Position numbers and translations under genes: made by a program
From: Bacteroidota bacterium
GTDB lineage: Bacteria; Bacteroidota; Ignavibacteria; UBA10030; UBA8401
Assembly: GCA_028873075.1 (NCBI GenBank)
Contig: JAGWND010000003.1
Location: 1-44,049 of the forward strand
Length of the DNA stretch: 44,049 bases
Direction of reading: 5' to 3'
In this document: positions 8,950 through 17,990 of the stretch, in pieces
Position numbering within the stretch: position 1 is the first letter of the stretch
Layout of the letters: every line of letters begins with the position of its first letter
The notes under the pieces: generated by a model
Seen by the model: the letters and a program-made list of their open reading frames with translations, nothing else
Databases searched by the model: none
What the model was told of the DNA's origin: nothing

Positions 8950-10856
8950 TGCCGTAAGCTTTCCGGGGAAGTTTTTACAATTTTTTGAGTTTGAATGCTG
9001 CTGCCGGGCTGAACGGCTTTCTGCACAAGTGTAACTCTTGGAGTTATCGCCGTGTCCTTCAAAGAAACAGGAGTGTTCCGTGCTGGCTGCGGCTGGATGA
9101 TTTCTCCGTACAAGTATTTTTCCATGCACAATCCGGCAATCGGTGCTGCAAAGGAGCCGCCGTAGCCCGCGTTTTCTACGAGCACACAAATTGCAATTTT
9201 CGGATGATCGAACGGCGCAAACCCGATAAACCACGCGTGCGCTTTACCGTGCGGGTTTTGTGCAGTCCCGGTTTTTCCGGCAACTTCGATGCCGGGAATC
9301 CGCGCCTCCCATCCGGTTCCGCCGGGCGACATAACACAGCGGCGCATCCCTTCACGAACAATATCCCACGTGCGTTCTGAAACGTGAATAGAATCTTTTT
9401 TGTACGCAACCGTTTCCGTCTTATGCGTCCGGTTGTTGTAAATGTAATCCACGATATGCGGCTGGTAGTGGTGCCCTTTGTTTGCCAGCATGGCACAGTA
9501 GTCCGCCATTTGCAGCGGCGTTACGCCGATTTCTCCCTGACCGATGCCGAGACTGACGAGATAGCCTTGCGTCCATTTGCCTTTTCCGTATACGCGGTTG
9601 AAATAATCGGTTGTCGGAAGCAATCCCGGGTTCTCTTCAAGAATATCAATGTCCGAAAGCTCGCCGAAACCGAATTCTTTTCCGACTGCAGCCCACGGAT
9701 CGAGTCCGACTTTGAGCATCAGTTGATAGAAGAAAACGTTGCATGATTTCTGAATTGCCTCGATGATATTCACGGAGCCGTGAACGTGTTCGTCTCTGAA
9801 AACCTTGTTTCCGAATTTGAACGAGCCGCGGCACACGATGCGGTAGTTTTCATTGACCACATGATTTTCTAATGCTGCAATTGCGAGTACCATTTTGAAT
9901 GTCGAACCGGGAGGATACCGCGTCAGCGTTGCGCGGTTGAAGAGCGGCTTGCTATCATCGTCGTTCAGCGCTTTCCATAGTTCCGGCGGCGTTACGCCGC
10001 TGAAATCGGAGAGATTGTATTCCGGCGCGCTGACCATTGCGATCACGCCGCCGTTGTTGGGGTCAACGGCGACGACAGCGCCGCAGCGATCGGTCATGAG
10101 CGATTCCGCAAGCGCCTGCACGCCGGCGTCAACGGCAAGATGAAGATCGAGTCCGTCATGGGGAGGAATATCATCTTTGCCGTTGTTGAATGTACCGATC
10201 ATTTGTCCCCTGGCGTTCTGCGAAATAAATTCATATCCTTTTTGTCCGCGTAGATATTTTTCGTACTTCGCTTCGATACCGACCGAACCGACGACATCGC
10301 CTTGCTGGTAATAATCTCCCAGCCTTTCCAATTGATAGTCGGAAATTTCCTTCACGTAACCGAGCAGGTGCGATGCGGACGCCGGTGATGCGTAATAGCG
10401 TTTCGATTCCGTTTGAATTTTTACGCCCGGCAGTTGCTCTTTATACTCCTCAAGAATCGAAAGTGTTCGGAAATCAATATCACGCTTGATGCGCGCAGGC
10501 ATGAACGGATTGTACTGCCGCGCGCGTTTGATTTTTTCGAGGATCGCCTCTTCAGGGAGGCCGAGAATCTGCGAGAGGAACGGAAGGTTCTTCTTGTTGA
10601 AATCAATCGGCGTGAGCATGACGGAATATGAGGGGCGGTTGTCAACGATGAGCTTGTCGTTGCGGTCGTAGACATAACCGCGAACCGGCTCTTCCACAAT
10701 TTTCCGGATGCTGTTCTCTTCGGATTTCTTTCCGTATTCCGCGCTGTAAATATATTGAAGCTGGTACAGCCGTCCGACAACAACAATGAACCCTAACCAC
10801 ACGACAAGGGTGATAATTGTTCTGCGCTTGCTTGAACCGAACTCTTCAGTGACCAT
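8946..10856 (-). CDS. mrdA: Penicillin-binding protein 2
   Basis: RG..YDRN; catalytic motifs PGSTFK, SCN and KTGTAQ; N-terminal TM segment; lies between mreD and rodA. Confidence 0.95.
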   Translation of the reverse strand: MVTEEFGSSKRRTIITLVVWLGFIVVVGRLYQLQYIYSAEYGKKSEENSIRKIVEEPVRGYVYDRNDKLIVDNRPSYSVMLTPIDFNKKNLPFLSQILGLPEEAILEKIKRARQYNPFMPARIKRDIDFRTLSILEEYKEQLPGVKIQTESKRYYASPASASHLLGYVKEISDYQLERLGDYYQQGDVVGSVGIEAKYEKYLRGQKGYEFISQNARGQMIGTFNNGKDDIPPHDGLDLHLAVDAGVQALAESLMTDRCGAVVAVDPNNGGVIAMVSAPEYNLSDFSGVTPPELWKALNDDDSKPLFNRATLTRYPPGSTFKMVLAIAALENHVVNENYRIVCRGSFKFGNKVFRDEHVHGSVNIIEAIQKSCNVFFYQLMLKVGLDPWAAVGKEFGFGELSDIDILEENPGLLPTTDYFNRVYGKGKWTQGYLVSLGIGQGEIGVTPLQMADYCAMLANKGHHYQPHIVDYIYNNRTHKTETVAYKKDSIHVSERTWDIVREGMRRCVMSPGGTGWEARIPGIEVAGKTGTAQNPHGKAHAWFIGFAPFDHPKIAICVLVENAGYGGSFAAPIAGLCMEKYLYGEIIQPQPARNTPVSLKDTAITPRVTLVQKAVQPGSSIQTQKIVKTSPESLRH

Positions 10857-10862
10857 ATCCTG

Positions 10863-11345
10863 TTATGCAAGCTTCCGGTGAAACGAAAAAACAGGGAACA
10901 ACGCCGTTGCTGTTGTATAAATTGTGGAAAAAATTCCGAACTGAAACACTGCTGTCCAAAAACTTATGCTTGTGCCCTGCACGAAGATTGTAAAGTACAC
11001 AATATTGTGGATAAATGATGCCAGCGCCACAACGAGAAGAAATCTGTGGCTTCCGAGCGTCTGCTCGATTTTGTTATCGCTGTAAAAATATCCCGCAAGA
11101 AACCCGGCGATAGTTTTGGAAAACGCCGATAATCCGATGAACTGACCGCCGATCAGATCAACAACGATGCCTGCTGTAAATCCGGCGATGGTAGCTGGAA
11201 TTTGTCCCGCCTGAATGGCAATATAGACGATCCACACTAACAAAACATCCGGGACAGTGTTCGCAATCGAGACGAATGGTATGATTGTCGCCTGGAGGAT
11301 AACAAGCGCCAGAGTAATCAGCGCGTACTGCACATATCGTTGCAT
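10863..11345 (-). CDS. mreD: Rod shape-determining protein MreD
   Basis: 160-aa hydrophobic protein with PD(V)LL and G...D...G motifs, directly upstream of mrdA. Confidence 0.88.
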   Translation of the reverse strand: MQRYVQYALITLALVILQATIIPFVSIANTVPDVLLVWIVYIAIQAGQIPATIAGFTAGIVVDLIGGQFIGLSAFSKTIAGFLAGYFYSDNKIEQTLGSHRFLLVVALASFIHNIVYFTIFVQGTSISFWTAVFQFGIFSTIYTTATALFPVFSFHRKLA

Positions 11346-11382
11346 GAACTGCGGAACGCCAAGGGATTAAAAATAAGTTTCC

Positions 11383-11413
11383 CAAAGTTAGCAGAAATTC
11401 GTGTAAGAAGCAA
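11383..11413 (-). promoter_or_regulatory. Putative promoter of mreD-mrdA-rodA
   Basis: Minus strand TTGCTT, 17 bp, TAACTT with a TGn extension; also fits TAnnTTTG (TAACTTTG). Confidence 0.55.
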
Positions 11414-11548
11414 TGAATTCCATCTCATTCAGGATGTTTCTATTCGGCAAACCTTTAACGCGGTGTGTTGTCCAACGAGTTGAAAAACCCCTTTGGCAGA
11501 CAAGCCAGCCTTCATTTCAAGAAAAAATTTGGAGTAAAGGAGGTTCGT

Positions 11549-11875
11549 ATGAAAAAGCTCATTGGTTTTGTTTTTGCCGCAGTTCTGGTAAGCGGTTGTT
11601 ACACGGAGCTTCAAACATTGAATGAAGAAAGCTCATCTACCCCTCAACCAATAATTGAATATGTGCCCGTACCCATACTCATACCCGTGCCCGTTCCTGC
11701 GCCGCCTCCGCCGCATCCTTATCCTCCTCGACCGACTCCTATTTCGCCGCCAATTATTGTAGCGCCTACTTCACCAGCCCCTCCGCCGCAACCGCCGCGA
11801 GTGCGCACGGGGGGTGCAACGCGAGGCGGGAACAGCCAAACCAGCGCGAGGGAAAGAACGCGTTCTTCGCGGTAA
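11549..11875 (+). CDS. Small proline-rich lipoprotein
   Basis: AAAGGAGG SD; MKKLIGFVFAAVLVSG-C lipobox; Pro-rich middle and Arg-rich tail. Confidence 0.8.
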   Translation: MKKLIGFVFAAVLVSGCYTELQTLNEESSSTPQPIIEYVPVPILIPVPVPAPPPPHPYPPRPTPISPPIIVAPTSPAPPPQPPRVRTGGATRGGNSQTSARERTRSSR

Positions 11876-11936
11876 GTGCACGTTGTATCCGTTCAGGAAT
11901 TTTCTTAGCTTCCCATTGTACGAAAGAAAGTGAAGT

Positions 11937-12494
11937 ATGAATAAAATTCTCACGTGCTGCATTCTTTCTTTTCTTCTCATGGATTGCAGTCAGCGTCCTG
12001 TTCAAAGTCGATCTGTAGCGAAAGGAGTTGACCCGATGAGCATCACTGTGATCAGCGCCGCCTTCAACGACGGAGAGCTGATCCCGAAGAAGTTTACGTG
12101 CGACGGGGCGAACATCTCACCCGCATTGACATGGTCATCGTTTCCTGCACGAACAAAGACGTTTGCGATTATTGCAGATGATCCCGATGCGCCGGCGGGG
12201 ACATGGGTGCATTGGGTCGTGTTCAACATCCCGCAATCCGTTGCAACGCTTTCGGAAAATATTCCGCACGACGAAATTCTTTCCAACGGAGCAAAACAGG
12301 GGAAAAATGATTTTGGCGATATCGGCTACGGCGGTCCGTGCCCTCCGCGCGGAACGCACAGGTATTTTTTCAAAATGTACGCTCTCGATACAGCGTTAAA
12401 CCTCGAAGCCGGATGCACAAAAGAGGACTTGCTCGATGCAATGCACGGGCATATTTTGGCGCAAGGTCAGTTGATGGGACGGTATCATCACTAA
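11937..12494 (+). CDS. YbhB/YbcL family (PEBP, Raf kinase inhibitor-like) protein
   Basis: TCDG.NISP.L.W, DPDAP.GTWVHW, GYGGPCPP.G.HRYFF. Confidence 0.93.
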   Translation: MNKILTCCILSFLLMDCSQRPVQSRSVAKGVDPMSITVISAAFNDGELIPKKFTCDGANISPALTWSSFPARTKTFAIIADDPDAPAGTWVHWVVFNIPQSVATLSENIPHDEILSNGAKQGKNDFGDIGYGGPCPPRGTHRYFFKMYALDTALNLEAGCTKEDLLDAMHGHILAQGQLMGRYHH

Positions 12495-13075
12495 TGCCTC
12501 CCGGTGCTTCGGAATCGTATCCGTACCTTGTTGAATTTGCCCGCGAGCTTGTTCCGCAGCCGCGCCGCGTTCTCGATGTCGGCGTTGGATTCGGGACAAT
12601 CGGATTTCTCGTTCGAAATTATTTTGAAGCGAAAGAACATTTGCGTTTTTCAAAGCGCGAGTGGAAAGTCACGCTTATCGGCATAGAAATTTACAAAGAT
12701 TCCATTCATTCTCTGCAAAAAGAAATCTACAACTCAATTGTTATCGGCGATGTGTTTGAAGAAGCGGAAAAGTTGGGAGCATTCGATCTTATTTTTCTCG
12801 GCGATATTATTGAGCATTTTGCAAAAAGAGACGGGCACCGTTTGCTTTCACTGCTGCTTCAGCGCACAAAGTATGTGGTTATTGCGACACCGCTCGGATT
12901 TAAAAAGCAAGGTGCAGTCGGAAGGAATGTTCACGAAGCGCACAAATCGGGATGGGTGCCGAAGGATTTCAAAAAATATTCTGTTGCGAAAAGTGCAGTT
13001 GTGCCGAGAATTCGGAAGAAAGAAAAAGTGTTGGTAGCAGCGTTACGGGGACATGGTAATGGAAAGCTCTCATAA
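12494..13075 (+). CDS. Class I SAM-dependent methyltransferase
   Basis: VLDVGVGFG, GIEI, DIIEHF; ATG at 12494 overlaps the upstream stop (TAATG). Confidence 0.8.
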   Translation: MPPGASESYPYLVEFARELVPQPRRVLDVGVGFGTIGFLVRNYFEAKEHLRFSKREWKVTLIGIEIYKDSIHSLQKEIYNSIVIGDVFEEAEKLGAFDLIFLGDIIEHFAKRDGHRLLSLLLQRTKYVVIATPLGFKKQGAVGRNVHEAHKSGWVPKDFKKYSVAKSAVVPRIRKKEKVLVAALRGHGNGKLS

Positions 13076-13148
13076 ATCTCTCGCGAAGCCCCAAAGAAAC
13101 CAAGAATTATTTTTCAGGTTTTGCTTTGCGCCGGGCGTCTTTGCGTAA

Positions 13149-15818
13149 TCAGAGATTCTCTTTCAGTTTTGCCAGAACCTTCAGTGCTTCGAGCGGCGTC
13201 AGTGAATTGATATCAAGAGTGCGGATCGCGTCGCGCAGTTCGTCATCTTTCATTTCGAACATGGTGATTTGCGTAGTTGAAGGGATGTCTGCAATTTTTT
13301 GCTTGATGTTCCGGGCCTCTTTTTTGTCCGAAGGGCTTTCGCCGTGTGCAGAGAGCTGCGATGATTCCAAATTTGCAAGGATGGTTTTCGCTCGTTCCGT
13401 TACTGTTTCCGGTACGCCTGCCATTTTTGCGACTTGGATTCCGTACGAATGATCAGCGGTTCCTTGCGTAACCGTGTGGAGAAAAACGACCTTGTCCCCG
13501 TACTCGCGCACATCAACTTTGTAATTTTTGATTCTCGGAAGCAACTCGGCAAGCTCGTTCAGTTCATGATAATGCGTTGCGAACAGCGTTCGCGCCCCGA
13601 TATGCTCGTGAAGAAATTCCGTGAGCGCCCACGCGATACTGATGCCGTCGAATGTGCTCGTGCCGCGTCCGACTTCATCGAGTAAAATCAAACTGTGCGA
13701 CGTTGCACGGTTGACAATATTCGCCGCTTCGTGCATTTCCACGAGGAACGTGCTTTCGCCCGATGCAATATTGTCGCTCGCACCGACGCGCGTGAAAATA
13801 TTGTCTACCAGACCGATGACAGCTTTTTTTGCCGGAACGAACGAGCCAATCTGGGCAAGCAGCACGATCAATCCGACTTGGCGAAGGAACGACGATTTCC
13901 CGCTCATGTTTGGCCCGGTGATAATCAAAATTTGGTTCGATGTTGTATCGAGCGAAACAGAATTCGGCACGTACTGTTCGCCGGGCGGGAGGAGAATTTC
14001 GATAACAGGATGGCGCCCATCTTCAATAATAAGCGAAGTTGATGCATTCACTTCGGGTTGTGTATAGCGATTTTCGTGCGCAACTTGTGCGAGCGAGACC
14101 AGACAATCAAGGGTGGCAATGGTCTGTGCATTTCCCTGAATTGCTGCTGCGTGTTCGGCAATTCTCATTCGGAGCGCCGAAAACAATTCTGTTTCCAGTG
14201 CAAGAATTTTTTCCTCCGCATGAAGAATTTTCTCCTCATATTCTTTCAACTCGGGCGTGACGTACCGTTCCGCGTTCGTCATCGTTTGTTTGCGGATGTA
14301 ATCCTGCGGAGCTTTGTTTTTATTAGCATTCGTGATTTCGATGTAGTAGCCGAAGACATTGTTGAAACCGATTTTCAGTGACGCAATGCCCGTGCGCTCG
14401 CGCTCTTTCTTTTGAAGATTCGCGATCCATTCTTTCGCCGAATGTGCAAGCGTTGTCAGCTCGTCAAGCTCGGCATTGTAGCCGCGGCGGATAACGCCCC
14501 CTTCAACAAGTGTTGCTGGCGGGTTATCGGCAATCGCTTTTTCGATTTCATCGGCAAGAAAATCCAACGGCTGCAACGCTGTATCGATGTCGGCAAGCGC
14601 CGAAATGGACTCTGCCTTCCTTGCTTCGTTCCCAAACCCTGTCTGGGAACGACCTTCGCTCAAAATATTTTTGAGCGAGGGAATTCTTCTGAGTATGAAT
14701 TTCATCGCCGTAACGTCGCGCGGCATTGCTCTGCCGGTAGCAATTTTCGCAATGAGCCGCTCAATGTCCCCGATTTCCGCAAGCTCATCCTGCAATTTTT
14801 TTCGGACCGAAGAATGCTGAACCAGAAACGCGACGCCGTTCGAGCGCCAGCGAATTTCTTCCAATTTCTTTAGCGGATGTGCGACCCATTTTTTCAGCAG
14901 ACGTCCGCCCATTGGCGTGCCTGTTTTATCGAGCACGGAAAAAAGCGTTCCCTCCGATGCGCCGCCGAACGACGAGGTGATTTCTAAATTTCGTTTTGTT
15001 GAAGGATCGAGGACGATGGTTTCCGAGATTTCGTGCGGAACAATTTTCGAGATGTGCGCGAGGTTCGCTTTCTGTGTTTCGTTCAGGTAATGCATCGCTG
15101 CGCCTGCGGCAACAACGCCGATACGCATTTCATCGATGCCGAAGCCTTTCAGGGACTGTGTTTTGAAATGGCGCGCGAGCGTTTCAAAACCGTATTCAAA
15201 ATTGAACAGCCAATCGTCGAGCGTTGAAAAAATTCCTTTATAGCTTGTGCGAAGAATGTTTTGCAGCGTTTCTTTGTCCCGTTTCTGAACGACAATTTCC
15301 GACGGTGTAATGGAATGAATTTGCTGCTCGAGTATTTTGAGCGGAATCTCCGAGCATGCAAATTCGCCGGTCGAAATATCCACGAATGAAAATCCGGCGA
15401 CGTCATCTGCAGCGGTAAGCGCATTCGGGAGTGCAATGGCGGCAAGGTAATTATTCTGTTTTTGGTCGAGCACCTTGTCGGAAAACGCGACACCCGGCGT
15501 CACGACTTCAATGACGTCCCGCTTCACAATTCCTTTGGCGAATTTCGGGTCTTCAAGTTGTTCGCACACGGCGACGCGAAGCCCCGCTTTCAATAATTTC
15601 GGCAGGTACGCATCGAGAGCGTGATGCGGAAAGCCCGCGAGCGGCACTTCGCCCGCTGCGCCGTTGCCGCGGCGTGTCAGCGTGATGCCGAGAACGCGCG
15701 AAGTGATTTTTGCGTCGTCATCGAATGTCTCGAAAAAATCTCCCATGCGAAAAAGAAGTATTGTGCCGGGATACTTCGCTTTCACCTGAGCGTACTGTTT
15801 CATCAGCGGCGTTGACAT
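13149..15818 (-). CDS. mutS: DNA mismatch repair protein MutS
   Basis: TPLMKQY, FRMGDFFE, GRHPV, TGPNMSGKS, DEVGRGT, FATHYHEL, SYGI.VA. Start taken at MSTPLM. Confidence 0.98.
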   Translation of the reverse strand: MSTPLMKQYAQVKAKYPGTILLFRMGDFFETFDDDAKITSRVLGITLTRRGNGAAGEVPLAGFPHHALDAYLPKLLKAGLRVAVCEQLEDPKFAKGIVKRDVIEVVTPGVAFSDKVLDQKQNNYLAAIALPNALTAADDVAGFSFVDISTGEFACSEIPLKILEQQIHSITPSEIVVQKRDKETLQNILRTSYKGIFSTLDDWLFNFEYGFETLARHFKTQSLKGFGIDEMRIGVVAAGAAMHYLNETQKANLAHISKIVPHEISETIVLDPSTKRNLEITSSFGGASEGTLFSVLDKTGTPMGGRLLKKWVAHPLKKLEEIRWRSNGVAFLVQHSSVRKKLQDELAEIGDIERLIAKIATGRAMPRDVTAMKFILRRIPSLKNILSEGRSQTGFGNEARKAESISALADIDTALQPLDFLADEIEKAIADNPPATLVEGGVIRRGYNAELDELTTLAHSAKEWIANLQKKERERTGIASLKIGFNNVFGYYIEITNANKNKAPQDYIRKQTMTNAERYVTPELKEYEEKILHAEEKILALETELFSALRMRIAEHAAAIQGNAQTIATLDCLVSLAQVAHENRYTQPEVNASTSLIIEDGRHPVIEILLPPGEQYVPNSVSLDTTSNQILIITGPNMSGKSSFLRQVGLIVLLAQIGSFVPAKKAVIGLVDNIFTRVGASDNIASGESTFLVEMHEAANIVNRATSHSLILLDEVGRGTSTFDGISIAWALTEFLHEHIGARTLFATHYHELNELAELLPRIKNYKVDVREYGDKVVFLHTVTQGTADHSYGIQVAKMAGVPETVTERAKTILANLESSQLSAHGESPSDKKEARNIKQKIADIPSTTQITMFEMKDDELRDAIRTLDINSLTPLEALKVLAKLKENL
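14626..14652. repeat. REP-like palindrome inside the mutS coding sequence
   Basis: TCGTTCCCA-AACCCTGTC-TGGGAACGA with perfect 9-bp arms; encodes RSQTGFGNE. Confidence 0.6.
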
Positions 15819-15936
15819 GGAAAGAAGGTAGCCAAAAAATGAGCGCCAATCAAGAATTGAAATTCGAGAGAAGTTTTGGTAGCTTATTTTATCCCGAAAT
15901 GCAGGCATACGACCTCAAAACAATTTAGGTGTGACG

Positions 15937-16662
15937 ATGAAACGGATTCTATCAACATTGATTGCCTTTCTTGGATTCTCGGCGGTGTTTTTCCCGCTAT
16001 TGAATAATGCCGCGCTTGCCCAGTTCACAAAAGATTTACACCCGAAACTTGTTGTGGGCAGTCTCGAAGTTCACTGGGGATTGATCCGCGCCGGCACGCT
16101 GAAGATCACCCGCATAGCGTTGAAAAATGCCGGCACCGACACGCTGAAAATTCTTCACGTCCAAACATCGTGCGGATGCACAACGGTGAAGCCTTCGAAA
16201 CCGGTATTGCTTCCGGGAGAATCGGACACGTTGGTTGTGCAATTCAATTCCACCGGCTATCAAGGCGACGTGAAAAAGTATGTAGACATTGAAACAAACG
16301 ACCCGTCATCTCCGTTTGTTACAGTAAAATTTTTCGGAACCGTTCATGCAATTTTGGAGTCGACGACATTTACGTCATATCTCTGGTTAGGAGGCGTTCC
16401 CGTCGGCAAAGGGTTGAAAAAAAGTTTTACTCTTCGCAATACAACGGATCATCCTGTAACTGTGAAAACGGCGGAGATGCATTCCGGTGAATTATCGTTC
16501 ACAACAAAACAGCGGACAATTATGCCCGCAGATTCTGCGACATTCACATTTACCCTCACGCCTCTGCGGACAGGCTTAGAAAGCAAGAGGATTGTTCTGA
16601 AAACGGATGACGCAAATCAGACAGAAGTCCCGATTCTCATCACTTTTACCGGCGTGCAATGA
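15937..16662 (+). CDS. DUF1573 domain (Ig-like) exported protein
   Basis: Signal peptide; KNAG...L.I..V.TSCGCT...PGES motif; second Ig-like repeat. Confidence 0.85.
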   Translation: MKRILSTLIAFLGFSAVFFPLLNNAALAQFTKDLHPKLVVGSLEVHWGLIRAGTLKITRIALKNAGTDTLKILHVQTSCGCTTVKPSKPVLLPGESDTLVVQFNSTGYQGDVKKYVDIETNDPSSPFVTVKFFGTVHAILESTTFTSYLWLGGVPVGKGLKKSFTLRNTTDHPVTVKTAEMHSGELSFTTKQRTIMPADSATFTFTLTPLRTGLESKRIVLKTDDANQTEVPILITFTGVQ

Positions 16663-17888
16663 ACCAACGCAAACTCTATAAAACGATCGAGAGCTTCGAT
16701 TCGCGGAAGTTCGATTCGACACAGGATCTGTTGGCGCATGTTGTGCGCCAGCTTGTTGACAATGACAGCATCGAAATTCGCGGCGGACGCGTGTGGAAGC
16801 TCAATCAACAAAAAGAGACGTACGAACTGGTTGCGCAAATCGGTATGGTGGAAACAATCAAAGCGCATTTCTCGGTCCGTGTAGACGATTACCGGATGTT
16901 CAAGCTTCTTCCGAAACACCGGACGATGGTAGCGAACGAAACGAATGCGTATTTGCGCAGCAAAGGAATTTTTAAATATTCTGCAACCGGCCTCGGCGAG
17001 CTTGTGAAAGTGAACGGAGCGGAATTGTATCCGTACGTACTTTCGTTCAACACCGATTTGAGCCACGAACAAGTGGCGCCGATGCTGAACATTATCGGTC
17101 TCGCTGTTACCGCTATGCTGCGCAGCCGCAGCATCGAAAAAAAGCGGGCGCAGTTGGAGAAGGATCTCGATAAAGCGCGTCTCATTCAGCAAAGCATACT
17201 TCCTGAACACGAGCTGCGTTTTCATAATTACGAAGTGTTCGGCATTTCGGTGGCGGATAGAATCGTCGGCGGGGATTTTTTCGATTACATTCTCAGCGAT
17301 GACGGAGACCGTCTCGGCATCGCTATCGGCGATGCCGCGAGCAAAGGAATGTCCGCGGCGGTACAGGCGCTGTATGTTTCAGGCGCGCTGCGGATGGGCG
17401 CCGGCTTTGAGACGAAAATCAGCACGCTCATCCGTAAAATCAATTCGCTCGTTCGTCGCACGTTTACCGACGACCGGTTCCTGACGCTTTTTTATGCTGA
17501 ATTGATTGACGACAAGCAGGGGTTGTGCGTCTATGTCAACGCCGGACACAGCAGTCCGATTGTGTACCGCGCAAAGAGCGACGCGGCGGAGTTTTTGGAA
17601 GCAACAGGGAATATCATCGGTCCGTTTGAAGATCAAATCTACCGCAGCGAGGGGATCATGATTGAAAAAGGGGATATCATGTTGTTGTACACCGACGGCG
17701 TTTCCGAAGCGATGGACGAGAAAGGAAATCAATACACGGAAAAGCGATTGCTTGAAAATCTTTCTTCGATGAAAAAGAAGAGTGCTCAGGAAATTGCCCG
17801 CCTGTTGTTGGAAGACGTGCAGAAGTTCAATGCCAAAAGCAAATATTCCGATGATAAAACCATTGTCGTTATAAAGCGTGTGAAATAA
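16659..17888 (+). CDS. PP2C/SpoIIE (RsbU-like) serine phosphatase with N-terminal sensor-like domain
   Basis: VGGDFFD, IGDAASKG, NAGH, LYTDGVSEA, DDKT; ATGA overlap with the upstream stop. Confidence 0.92.
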   Translation: MNQRKLYKTIESFDSRKFDSTQDLLAHVVRQLVDNDSIEIRGGRVWKLNQQKETYELVAQIGMVETIKAHFSVRVDDYRMFKLLPKHRTMVANETNAYLRSKGIFKYSATGLGELVKVNGAELYPYVLSFNTDLSHEQVAPMLNIIGLAVTAMLRSRSIEKKRAQLEKDLDKARLIQQSILPEHELRFHNYEVFGISVADRIVGGDFFDYILSDDGDRLGIAIGDAASKGMSAAVQALYVSGALRMGAGFETKISTLIRKINSLVRRTFTDDRFLTLFYAELIDDKQGLCVYVNAGHSSPIVYRAKSDAAEFLEATGNIIGPFEDQIYRSEGIMIEKGDIMLLYTDGVSEAMDEKGNQYTEKRLLENLSSMKKKSAQEIARLLLEDVQKFNAKSKYSDDKTIVVIKRVK

Positions 17889-17904
17889 CTGAATCTCCAG
17901 AGTA

Positions 17905-17985
17905 TCGGATCGTTGGATGACTGGAAGATAGTTACAAAGTCTGCGGTTCGATGATCCAATAATCCATTAACGCAACAATCCATTT
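17905..17985. repeat. Inverted octamer arrays
   Basis: tcggatcg ttggatga ctggaaga ... atccaata atccatta acgcaaca atccattt. Confidence 0.55.
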
Positions 17986-17990
17986 AGACT

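Noticed and set aside
8950-9234. 95-aa N-terminal extension of RodA in the ORF track
   Set aside because: Lies inside mrdA; a TTG at 8949 overlapping the mrdA stop gives a normal-sized RodA.
12338-12493. N-terminal extensions of the methyltransferase (and of mutS, the CDF, usp, ABC ATPase, binding protein and TonB receptor)
   Set aside because: Downstream starts fit SD positions, stop-start overlaps or family N-termini better.
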